A stretch of DNA of 64,000 bases from an uncultured Clostridia bacterium (lineage in GTDB: Bacteria; Bacillota; Clostridia; Oscillospirales; Acutalibacteraceae), in contig CAMMAZ010000004.1 in NCBI GenBank assembly GCA_946493765.1, positions 403 to 64,402 on the forward strand. Direction: 5' to 3'. The notes under the pieces are model-generated. The model saw only the letters and a program-made list of their open reading frames with translations, was not told where the DNA came from and did no database searches. Position 1 is the first letter of the stretch. Every line of letters starts with the position of its first letter. This document shows, one piece after another, positions 9,214-16,181 of this stretch. Both the position numbers and the translations under genes were made by a program.

Positions 9214-11052
9214 ATGAAATATCGATTTGATGATCAAAATTACACCGCCGTTCACTGCATCGGAAACGGGAGGGTCTGCGCTTATGAAAAAGGTCCCGAT
9301 ATATTTCAGCTTTTCGGTCCGTCTTACAGTGCGCCCAACATCGGAAGCATCACGCTGTGCAGGGATTCGGCAGACTTTTTTGCACTGTGCCGCCAGCCGC
9401 AAACCGATATTTGGACGCATACCCTTTACCAGGGTGAGACCTTTGTCGGCACCATCAAAGACAGCGTGCTTGAAAACCGCGCGGTTTTTGTCCGGCAGGT
9501 TGCTGCGACAAAGGAAATGACCATGCAATTGGAATGCACAAACCTGAAAGGATTGTTCAAACTTCCGGAAAACATATTGCCCGGACAGTGTTACATGGGT
9601 GAAATTCCCGAGGGCACTGCATTTTACAGTCACGGCACCAATCACGGTGTCACCAGAGGTTATTTTTCCGACCGCTGTTATTATGTCGGCATCCTGGTAA
9701 ACGGGGACGGCAGACTGTCCCTCGAAAATCCGCAGCGCCTTTCCATAACGGTTTGCACCGGCGACGTTATCGTTGCATTTTCTGCAGATTACCGCGCGCT
9801 TGTTCGTGAAATGGCAGACCTGTTGGCTGCGGATATAACGCAACTGGTCGGCGCGCGTGCCGCTGCGTGGGAATCCCGTGCAGCCCGCGCAAACAGCCGT
9901 TTGCCAAAGGCTGCAAAACAGTATGCCGCGATCATTGACGATGTTGCGGTGCTGATTCAAACGCAGCAGTCTGTCTCCGGCGGCATCTTGGCAGGGCATC
10001 ATTATCATCTTGTGTATATCCGCGACAACTACAGTGTGAGCCGAGCATTATTGGAGATGGGTTATTATGAGGAAGCGTGCCGGCTGCTGTTGTTTTATGC
10101 CGGGGTTTTCGCAAAATACGGGGAAATCCACAACGCACAGGTTACCGACGGGTTTGGTTTCCATGTCCATGAAAACGACGCGGCCGAGATCACCGGCTAT
10201 ATGATCCTGATGGCAACGGATTATTATGATAAAACAAAAGATTTGGACACACTGAAAAAAACGGTGCCCTTGCTGCGGTGGTGTGTGCAGCAGCAACATG
10301 ATATTCTTTATCAGGGCATGCTCCCCTTTAACGGCGACGAAACCTATATTGCGGGCGGCATTTTGCCAAGATCCGCGATCAACCATGGTTCCATGGAAGC
10401 AACCGCGCTTTATCACACCGCCTGTGTAAGGCTGTTGGCATATGCCAAGAAATTGGACTTTGAAGAAGATTTCACAAACCTTCTCAAAGGAGATATCATG
10501 GAGATTGCAAAAAACTTTAACAGCCATTTTATGATAAACGGCCGTCTTGCCTGCGATAATCCCGCTTATCAGGAAAAAGGCGCGCCGATCCGGATCGGCG
10601 TTAGTTTTTGCGGACATGGGATCGCTTTGTGCGTGCGCAACCGATTCAATGATTATGTGTGCACACAATGCCTTGAAAAGTGTGACAAGCCTATTTTTCA
10701 TGATGATAACGATTTCCATTTCACGCCTTCCGCACTGCTGATGCCGTTGTTTGTGGGGTCCGGTCTGATCGATCCGGCGGTGGCCGGCAAACAGGTTGAA
10801 AGCATAGCCGATCAGCTTTTGGCCAATGAACCGGGCGTTACCATAACAGGATATGACTATGGGCTGATGGCATATGCGCTCCATGGAAAAGATGAAGAAA
10901 AAAGAAAGGTGTTTATTGATAAAATTTTAGCCCTGCGGGACAATACCGGCGCATGGGTGGAATATTACCGTGACGGTATCCCCAAAGGATGCATGTGCCG
11001 CCCGTGGGAAAGCGCAATCAATGTTCTCGGCCTGCTCAAAGGCCTTTCGTAA
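9214..11052 (+). CDS. Six-hairpin (alpha/alpha)6 glycosidase-like protein (GH15-like), specificity unknown
   Basis: About 612 aa. The segment HYHLVYIRDNYSVSRALLEMGYYEEA and the C-terminal CRPWESAINV resemble glucoamylase/trehalase-type barrels. Start at the second ATG has better RBS spacing. Confidence 0.45.
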   Translation: MKYRFDDQNYTAVHCIGNGRVCAYEKGPDIFQLFGPSYSAPNIGSITLCRDSADFFALCRQPQTDIWTHTLYQGETFVGTIKDSVLENRAVFVRQVAATKEMTMQLECTNLKGLFKLPENILPGQCYMGEIPEGTAFYSHGTNHGVTRGYFSDRCYYVGILVNGDGRLSLENPQRLSITVCTGDVIVAFSADYRALVREMADLLAADITQLVGARAAAWESRAARANSRLPKAAKQYAAIIDDVAVLIQTQQSVSGGILAGHHYHLVYIRDNYSVSRALLEMGYYEEACRLLLFYAGVFAKYGEIHNAQVTDGFGFHVHENDAAEITGYMILMATDYYDKTKDLDTLKKTVPLLRWCVQQQHDILYQGMLPFNGDETYIAGGILPRSAINHGSMEATALYHTACVRLLAYAKKLDFEEDFTNLLKGDIMEIAKNFNSHFMINGRLACDNPAYQEKGAPIRIGVSFCGHGIALCVRNRFNDYVCTQCLEKCDKPIFHDDNDFHFTPSALLMPLFVGSGLIDPAVAGKQVESIADQLLANEPGVTITGYDYGLMAYALHGKDEEKRKVFIDKILALRDNTGAWVEYYRDGIPKGCMCRPWESAINVLGLLKGLS

Positions 11053-11072
11053 AAGTTTTCAAAAAGGCAAAA

Positions 11073-11094
11073 ACAAAAAGAAACGGCAATCTTC
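11073..11094. repeat. Left arm of a 22+22-nt hairpin that is split by the IS element
   Basis: acaaaaagaaacggcaatcttc is identical to 14721-14742. Its complement is at 12427-12448. Confidence 0.85.
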
Positions 11095-11153
11095 TGAACT
11101 GCCCCAGATTGTGCAGACAGTACAAAAAAACGACTTGATGTAAAATATTAAAA

Positions 11154-12008
11154 TTAGGCAACAAACTGATTTCGTTTTTCAAGCGGAGTCAGTTTTGTTT
11201 TAGTTTGAATACGGTAATTGTTGTAATAGTTGATATATTCACCTATGAGGAGGCTAGCCTCCTCATAGGTGGCGAGTTTAACTCTGTGGATGCATTCTGT
11301 TTTGAGAATTGAAAAGAAATTTTCTGCTAAAGCATTGTCATATGGATTTCCCCGTCTTGACATTGAAGGCGAAATGCCGTATTCTTTAATTAGGCGATAA
11401 TACGGTTCGGAAGTGTATTGAAAGCCTTGATCACTGTGGAGCTGCAACTCCGCAGTGATTTTTTCTTTTTTTCTTGCTTCTCTGATTGTATCTAATACAA
11501 GCTTTATGGATTGTTCTTTATCTGTTTTGTATGCAACAATACTGTTATCATACAAATCCCTGATGATTGAAAGATAAAGAAATCCCTGTCCTGTTTTGAT
11601 ATATGATATATCTGTTACCCATTTTTGATTTGGTTTGTCCGCAGAGAATTCACGATTAAGTGAATTTGGGTATCTGTGCAAATATTGGCTGCAATAGTGA
11701 AACCTTTTTCTGCGTACAACTGATAGCAAGTTGTACTTCTGCATTACACGCAATACAGTCTTTGGATTTCTGTATATTCCTTGTCTTTCAAGCCATATAT
11801 GTACTCTGCGATAACCGTAGGTTCTGTAACTTTCTTCCTGACATTCTCTTATCTTCTCTGCAAGCTGTAAATCTCTGTCCGGTATATCTTTTCTTTTCAG
11901 ATACGCATAATATCCGCTGCGAGATACATTAAAAAATCTGCACATTTCACTTATTCTGTATTTTTCCTTGTACTTAAAAATTACTTGATATTTTACTAAT
12001 GGCTTCAC
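11154..12008 (-). CDS. IS3-family transposase OrfB (DDE / rve integrase core)
   Basis: 284 aa with typical IS3 OrfB blocks (WVTDISYI..., HSDQGFQYTS, NALAENFF). GTG start overlaps the orfA stop (GTGA). Confidence 0.9.
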   Translation of the reverse strand: MKPLVKYQVIFKYKEKYRISEMCRFFNVSRSGYYAYLKRKDIPDRDLQLAEKIRECQEESYRTYGYRRVHIWLERQGIYRNPKTVLRVMQKYNLLSVVRRKRFHYCSQYLHRYPNSLNREFSADKPNQKWVTDISYIKTGQGFLYLSIIRDLYDNSIVAYKTDKEQSIKLVLDTIREARKKEKITAELQLHSDQGFQYTSEPYYRLIKEYGISPSMSRRGNPYDNALAENFFSILKTECIHRVKLATYEEASLLIGEYINYYNNYRIQTKTKLTPLEKRNQFVA

Positions 12009-12340
12009 TTCCTTTCTGTGAGCGAAAGAAAATCCCTCATTAACTCGTTTTCCATCTCCAATCTTTTTATTTTTGAATCTTTACGGGCTATGATATATTT
12101 CAATTCATTGATTTTCATTTCTTCTGTGATTGCAAAATCTTTCGGCGGTCTCCCTTTTGCTTTCAATGCTATTCCTGCTTCTATCCTTCTTTCCTTTTCA
12201 TTATATCTTGAAATGAAGTTGTGAACTTGTTGATAACTAAATCCATATTTCTTTCCTATTTCTCGTAATGTCATTCCTTTTGCCTTTAATTCCAGTATCT
12301 CTTTTTCATATTCCTTTATATGTCGATAACTTCTAGCCAT
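12005..12340 (-). CDS. IS3-family transposase OrfA (HTH plus leucine-zipper-like tail)
   Basis: 111 aa, HTH (MTLREIGKKYGFSYQQVHNF), coiled C-terminus. Lies upstream of orfB in the 0 frame. Confidence 0.9.
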   Translation of the reverse strand: MARSYRHIKEYEKEILELKAKGMTLREIGKKYGFSYQQVHNFISRYNEKERRIEAGIALKAKGRPPKDFAITEEMKINELKYIIARKDSKIKRLEMENELMRDFLSLTERK

Positions 12341-12426
12341 TTAAAAATCCCTCCTGATGTTTATTTTACATCAAGAGGGTTCTTTTTTCTATTGTCCATT
12401 TTTTACGGACTTGTGCACTTCTGCAT

Positions 12427-12448
12427 GAAGATTGCCGTTTCTTTTTGT
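12427..12448. repeat. Right arm of the IS-split hairpin
   Basis: gaagattgccgtttctttttgt is the reverse complement of 11073-11094. Its first 21 nt (12427-12447) are identical to 14748-14768, and the last base differs. Confidence 0.85.
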
Positions 12449-12454
12449 GAAAGG

Positions 12455-12492
12455 CACATGAAAAAGATATTTTCAGCATTTCGGCGGTGGGA
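12455..12492. repeat. 38-nt direct repeat, copy 1 (cacatgaaaaagatattttcAgcatttcggcggtggga)
   Basis: Matches 13634-13671 with one mismatch. Weaker similarity continues about 8 nt (..tgaac). Confidence 0.85.
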
Positions 12493-12513
12493 TTTGAACT
12501 CTTGTAAAGGATA

Positions 12514-13446
12514 TTATTCATTATTTTCAGCTTGCTTGATTTTTTTCAATTCACTTTCTGCCCATCGGTTTTCTATCTCATATCCCCTTTCGTTATTCCA
12601 AGCTATGATCTCATTTAAAGCTTTCTCCGCTTGTTCAGGCAAGCGATTTTCAATATAATAACAAGCTAATGAATACTGTGAATCAATTAAGTTTTTATCT
12701 AACTGATATGCTCTCTCCCAGCATTTTTTTGCGTTATCATAATCCAATAACTGTTTATATGTGTCTCCTGCATAAGTCAGTAAAATGGCATCGCTTGGAA
12801 ATAAAGCAAGGCCTGTTTCAGCCACTTTTATTGCATTTTTTAAATCCCCTGCATTTTTATATGCGGCTATTAAAGAAGAATAATGCTGGGGATTACCTGG
12901 TTCCTGAAGTATTGCCTTACTGTATTTATCAATACTTTCTTGTGAGCGGCCAAGACGGGAAAGAAACAAAATATATTGCCGTTGATTTTTATAATAAGAT
13001 TGTTCTTTAATCTGGCTGCCTTGTTCAATTGATTTTATATAGTATTCTTCAGCCGCTTTCAAATAATATTGTGCGTGACATTCCAATAGATAAGCATAAT
13101 ATCCTAAATCTTCATCCGTGAAGTTCCCTGATTCAAACAATTTTTTATATTCCCGATCGGCCTGATGAAAGATTTCCATATTATCCATCTCGCTTTCGTA
13201 CAGCGACATTAAGCGTTCAGCTTTATTACGATATGCCCTCATATTCGGCTGAAAAAGATCGTCAATAGTTACACCAAAAGTTTCCGCAATGGTAGGCAGC
13301 AGTGTTATCTCTGGCAAGGTTATACCGGTCTCCCATTTGCTTACAGCCTGAAATGAAATGGAAAGTTTTTCAGCCAACATCTGTTGTGTTATATTTTGTT
13401 CTTCTCTTAATCGTTTTATATTTCTTCCGATTGTCAATGTATTCAT
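12514..13446 (-). CDS. XRE-type HTH plus TPR-repeat transcriptional regulator (RRNPP-like architecture)
   Basis: N-terminal HTH (IGRNIKRLREEQNITQQMLAEKLSISFQAVSKWE) followed by about 240 aa of TPR-like helical repeats. Start at MNTLTIG (13446) follows AAGGAGAG. Confidence 0.8.
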   Translation of the reverse strand: MNTLTIGRNIKRLREEQNITQQMLAEKLSISFQAVSKWETGITLPEITLLPTIAETFGVTIDDLFQPNMRAYRNKAERLMSLYESEMDNMEIFHQADREYKKLFESGNFTDEDLGYYAYLLECHAQYYLKAAEEYYIKSIEQGSQIKEQSYYKNQRQYILFLSRLGRSQESIDKYSKAILQEPGNPQHYSSLIAAYKNAGDLKNAIKVAETGLALFPSDAILLTYAGDTYKQLLDYDNAKKCWERAYQLDKNLIDSQYSLACYYIENRLPEQAEKALNEIIAWNNERGYEIENRWAESELKKIKQAENNE

Positions 13447-13580
13447 AAATAAACTCTCCTTAAATCGATAGTAAACAGCGCTGTTTCTACTTATATTATA
13501 ACGGTGTGACATATCAAATGGCAATAACTATATATTTTAATGAGATTCGCTTAATGTTTGAAATATTTTTATATATAAAT

Positions 13581-13620
13581 TGAAAGAAGCCGACTGTCAT
13601 ACGGCAATCGACTTCTTTCA
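13581..13620 (-). terminator. Hairpin terminator downstream of the 14563-13767 operon
   Basis: tgaaagaagccga / tcgacttctttca stem. Confidence 0.55.
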
Positions 13621-13633
13621 ATAATGTCTAAGC

Positions 13634-13671
13634 CACATGAAAAAGATATTTTCGGCATTTCGGCGGTGGGA
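13634..13671. repeat. 38-nt direct repeat, copy 2
   Basis: cacatgaaaaagatattttcGgcatttcggcggtggga. See copy 1. Confidence 0.85.
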
Positions 13672-13766
13672 GGTGAACGCTCGTAGCCCACAAAAGGATG
13701 ATAGCGACAGCGAACCGGTGAGCTGAGCGTGCCCTTTTAACGAAAGGCTTTGACCCTTACGATGCT

Positions 13767-14219
13767 TTAGTGAAGTATATCATCTTCCAAAACTTTAACA
13801 AGTTTATGCATCATATCCACACGCATGCCCTTTAAAGAAGGAATATGTATAAAAACTGTATTTGGATTTTTCTTGAGCATATGATAATACGCTGCATTGC
13901 ATAAATAATGCGTAGGTTTATCAGATACGGTGTAAAAAATATTTCCGCTTCTAAACCTGTTTTCTAAAGTACGTATATCGAATTTTGTATAGACCATTTC
14001 TTCATTATAATTTGCACAGGTTTCAATTCGGATTTTGTCCACCAAGGTCTTATCAACACCAAACATATACACGATACTATCATCACTGTCAATGAAAGAA
14101 ATATCTTTTTCTATACCTTGGAAGCTATTGGTTAACAAGACATAATTTGCTCCCAATTGATCGACCAACTGAAAAGAAGTATTGTGTATGCCTTTAAAGG
14201 CAGTAAAAAGAGTTTTCAT
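13767..14219 (-). CDS. Miniature pyroglutamyl-peptidase (C15)-like protein
   Basis: 150 aa. Blocks align by eye to Pcp: MKTLFTAF (N-terminal beta strand), RIETCA (Glu), THYLCNAAYYHML (Cys), VFIHIPSL (His). About 65 aa shorter than canonical Pcp. Confidence 0.5.
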   Translation of the reverse strand: MKTLFTAFKGIHNTSFQLVDQLGANYVLLTNSFQGIEKDISFIDSDDSIVYMFGVDKTLVDKIRIETCANYNEEMVYTKFDIRTLENRFRSGNIFYTVSDKPTHYLCNAAYYHMLKKNPNTVFIHIPSLKGMRVDMMHKLVKVLEDDILH

Positions 14220-14563
14220 TTGTTTTCCTTTGCGGTATTTAGGGATGCAATCAGCATTCGTTTGATCTCTTGCGCCAATGATAATAGTTCATCAAAATTA
14301 TAATCCATTAGCTTTGTTCTTTTTAAGAGCGTAAGCCAATAAATGCTTTCGCCTGTTTCTTTCAGTGAAATATGAAGTTTAGATATAAAATCAGCTTTGC
14401 TGTTACCGTAAACGGCTTCGTTTATGTTTGCACCGATACTCGTTGCTGAACGAAGTAATTGTTTTACGATAGTTGTATCTTTTCTTGTTTTAGAAAATTC
14501 CTCATAAAACAAAACGATCTGTGTTGCAAAATCAAGAGATTTATCGAGTAACGGGCTGCTCAT
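14216..14563 (-). CDS. Four-helix-bundle protein (23S rRNA intervening-sequence protein / Avd-like family)
   Basis: Motifs LLRSATSIGANINEAVYGNSKADFISKLHISLKETGESIYWL are typical of the family. Start at MSSPLL (14563) follows AGAGGTGA. The stop overlaps the next start (ATGA). Confidence 0.7.
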   Translation of the reverse strand: MSSPLLDKSLDFATQIVLFYEEFSKTRKDTTIVKQLLRSATSIGANINEAVYGNSKADFISKLHISLKETGESIYWLTLLKRTKLMDYNFDELLSLAQEIKRMLIASLNTAKENK

Positions 14564-14720
14564 CAGTATCACCTCTACACGAATTATACAATAATTCTTT
14601 TTTATAATCAATGCTTTGCGGAGCAAAGCTACCTTTACTTTTATCTCTTCTTTCTTATCTTTTATCTGGAAACGGCAATTTTAGAGAAAAGAGAAAAATA
14701 AAAAGTGAATAGAGAAAAGA

Positions 14721-14767
14721 ACAAAAAGAAACGGCAATCTTCATTCAGAAGATTGCCGTTTCTTTTT
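14721..14767. terminator. Intact 22-nt-arm hairpin abutting the 3' end of tRNA-Val
   Basis: acaaaaagaaacggcaatcttc-attca-gaagattgccgtttcttttt. The last T is shared with the tRNA CCA end. Confidence 0.8.
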
Positions 14768-14843
14768 GGTGGAGACAGAGGGACTTGAACCCACGACCTC
14801 TGCGATGTGAACGCAGCGCGCTAACCAGCTGAGCCATGTCTCC
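14767..14843 (-). tRNA. tRNA-Val (anticodon CAC), CCA encoded
   Basis: Minus strand reads GGAGACA...TGTCTCC-A-CCA. Anticodon stem CTGCG/CGCAG with loop TTCACAT. T arm GTGGG-TTCAAGT-CCCTC. 77 nt. Confidence 0.9.
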
Positions 14844-14858
14844 GAATCGATAGTCTCT

Positions 14859-14887
14859 ATTATAGCAAATCTCTTTTGAAATGTCAA
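14859..14887 (-). promoter_or_regulatory. Sigma-A-type promoter of tRNA-Val (TTGACA-17-TATAAT)
   Basis: Minus strand: TTGACA (14887-14882), 17-nt spacer, TATAAT (14864-14859), 15 nt before the tRNA 5' end. Confidence 0.7.
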
Positions 14888-15245
14888 CAAAAACAAACGG
14901 ATTTTTTGAAAATTACAGCAGAAGATCAAAACGCCGGTTAACATGTGACTGCTTTGCAACAAAATGAATCGCTTTTATCAACAAGTATTTATTTTTTAGA
15001 CAGCGCTTTTTCTTTAAAAATAAAGAGAAATGTCGATTTTTTGGAACTGTTTCACATAGATTTAACACAATCAAAACAAAGGCAGGGTAGCGCTTGTCTT
15101 TTGTATGCGGTATCCTAAAATCGGATATAAATATATATATAATCGTGTAATATCACGTTTTTGCGATACGCTGCGTTTTGACGGCAGTAAAAAGAAATAT
15201 GGTGCGGGGAAAATACAAAGATTTTATGCCATTTAGGAGGAAAAC

Positions 15246-16181
15246 ATGAACCAAGCGGTTATCGATATCGGCTCCAACTCTATGCGGCTGACGGCTTATG
15301 AAACAAACGGGCAGTCGTTTAAAACCTTATTCAAGGAAAAAATCATGGCGGGTCTTGCAGGCTATGTGGAAAACGGCTATTTGAACAGCGACGGCATCCA
15401 GTGCGCCTGCAACGGCCTTTTGGAATTTAAATCGATGCTGGAGGCATTGGGCATCAAAAATGCCGTTGCTTTTGCAACAGCGTCGCTGCGCAATATTAAA
15501 AATACCGATGAGGCGGTAGCGGCGGTCGAAGCGGCGACAGGATTTCCGGTTGAAGTCATCACCGGCGAAAGGGAAGCAATCTACGGCTATGTCGGCGCGA
15601 TGCACGACCTGTCGATGTTAAAGGGCGTTTTTGTGGATATCGGCGGCGCCAGCACCGAGATCGCCGTGTTCGACGATGGCGTCGTGCAAAGGGCGTCCAG
15701 CTTTTGCATCGGGTCTTTAAAACTGTATCGGGAGTGTGTGAAAAATATTTTGCCGGGCAAAGGCTCCATCGAACGTATGCACAAAACCATCCGTGCCGCC
15801 TTTGCAAAAGCGGAATTTCCGAAGGCAAAGCTGCAAATGCCGCTGGCCTGCGTGGGCGGAACCGCACGTGCGGTGTTAAAGCTTGCCGCAAAAGTTTTTG
15901 CGCTCCCGGACAGCTGCCGGAGCGTCACGGCAAAACAGCTGCAGACGCTTTGCGATATGCTGTGCGCGGCGGATAAAACCGCCACTGACTTGATTCTGAA
16001 GCTGGCGCCGGAACGCATCCACACCATGATACCGGGTATTTTGATTTTAAAATATATCGTCGAACAGTTTGGCGCGCCGGAAATCGTCATCAGCAAATAC
16101 GGCGTGCGGGAGGGCTATTTATGTCAAAAGATCTTAAACAAAAAGTCAACGACTATTCCTACACCCAAAACCGGGAACTGA
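15246..16181 (+). CDS. ppx: Ppx/GppA-family exopolyphosphatase
   Basis: AVIDIGSNSMRL and the DIGGASTE actin-like ATPase fold. Adjacent to ppk1. Confidence 0.85.
   Translation: MNQAVIDIGSNSMRLTAYETNGQSFKTLFKEKIMAGLAGYVENGYLNSDGIQCACNGLLEFKSMLEALGIKNAVAFATASLRNIKNTDEAVAAVEAATGFPVEVITGEREAIYGYVGAMHDLSMLKGVFVDIGGASTEIAVFDDGVVQRASSFCIGSLKLYRECVKNILPGKGSIERMHKTIRAAFAKAEFPKAKLQMPLACVGGTARAVLKLAAKVFALPDSCRSVTAKQLQTLCDMLCAADKTATDLILKLAPERIHTMIPGILILKYIVEQFGAPEIVISKYGVREGYLCQKILNKKSTTIPTPKTGN

Larger units (their letters stand above)
11099..12425 (-). mobile_element. IS3-family insertion sequence (about 1.33 kb) with 4-bp target duplication TGAA
   Basis: orfA/orfB are in the -1 frame relationship. 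TGAA occurs at 11095-11098 and 12426-12429. Imperfect terminal inverted repeats (TGC..AGA..GTGCA). Internal inverted pair CTTGATGTAAAATA at 11134-11147 / 12362-12375. Boundaries are good to a few nt. Confidence 0.85.

Noticed and set aside
7398-10008. Long antisense ORFs 7398-8174 (+), 9025-10008 (-) and 10048-10884 (-).
   Set aside because: They overlap the esterase and glycosidase-like genes on the opposite strand. They have no start context and Arg/Cys-rich composition.
12449-12513. A tRNA gene or tRNA 3' fragment within the 38-nt repeat (minus strand TTCAAATCCCACCGCCGAAA).
   Set aside because: No complementary T-stem 5' half, anticodon arm or acceptor 5' strand can be found. The implied acceptor would start with UU. 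Copy 2 lacks the T-loop sequence altogether.
13637-13726. Short ORFs starting MKKIFSAFRRW inside both copies of the 38-nt repeat, considered as candidate signalling peptides for the HTH-TPR regulator.
   Set aside because: The copy here (13637-13726) has no Shine-Dalgarno sequence, and the other copy (from 12458) runs antisense through the regulator gene. The copies diverge right after codon 12, and the products are not secretion-signal-like.
14216-14563. A diversity-generating retroelement, because the four-helix-bundle family includes Avd.
   Set aside because: No reverse transcriptase gene lies within the window, and I could see no template/variable repeat pair nearby.
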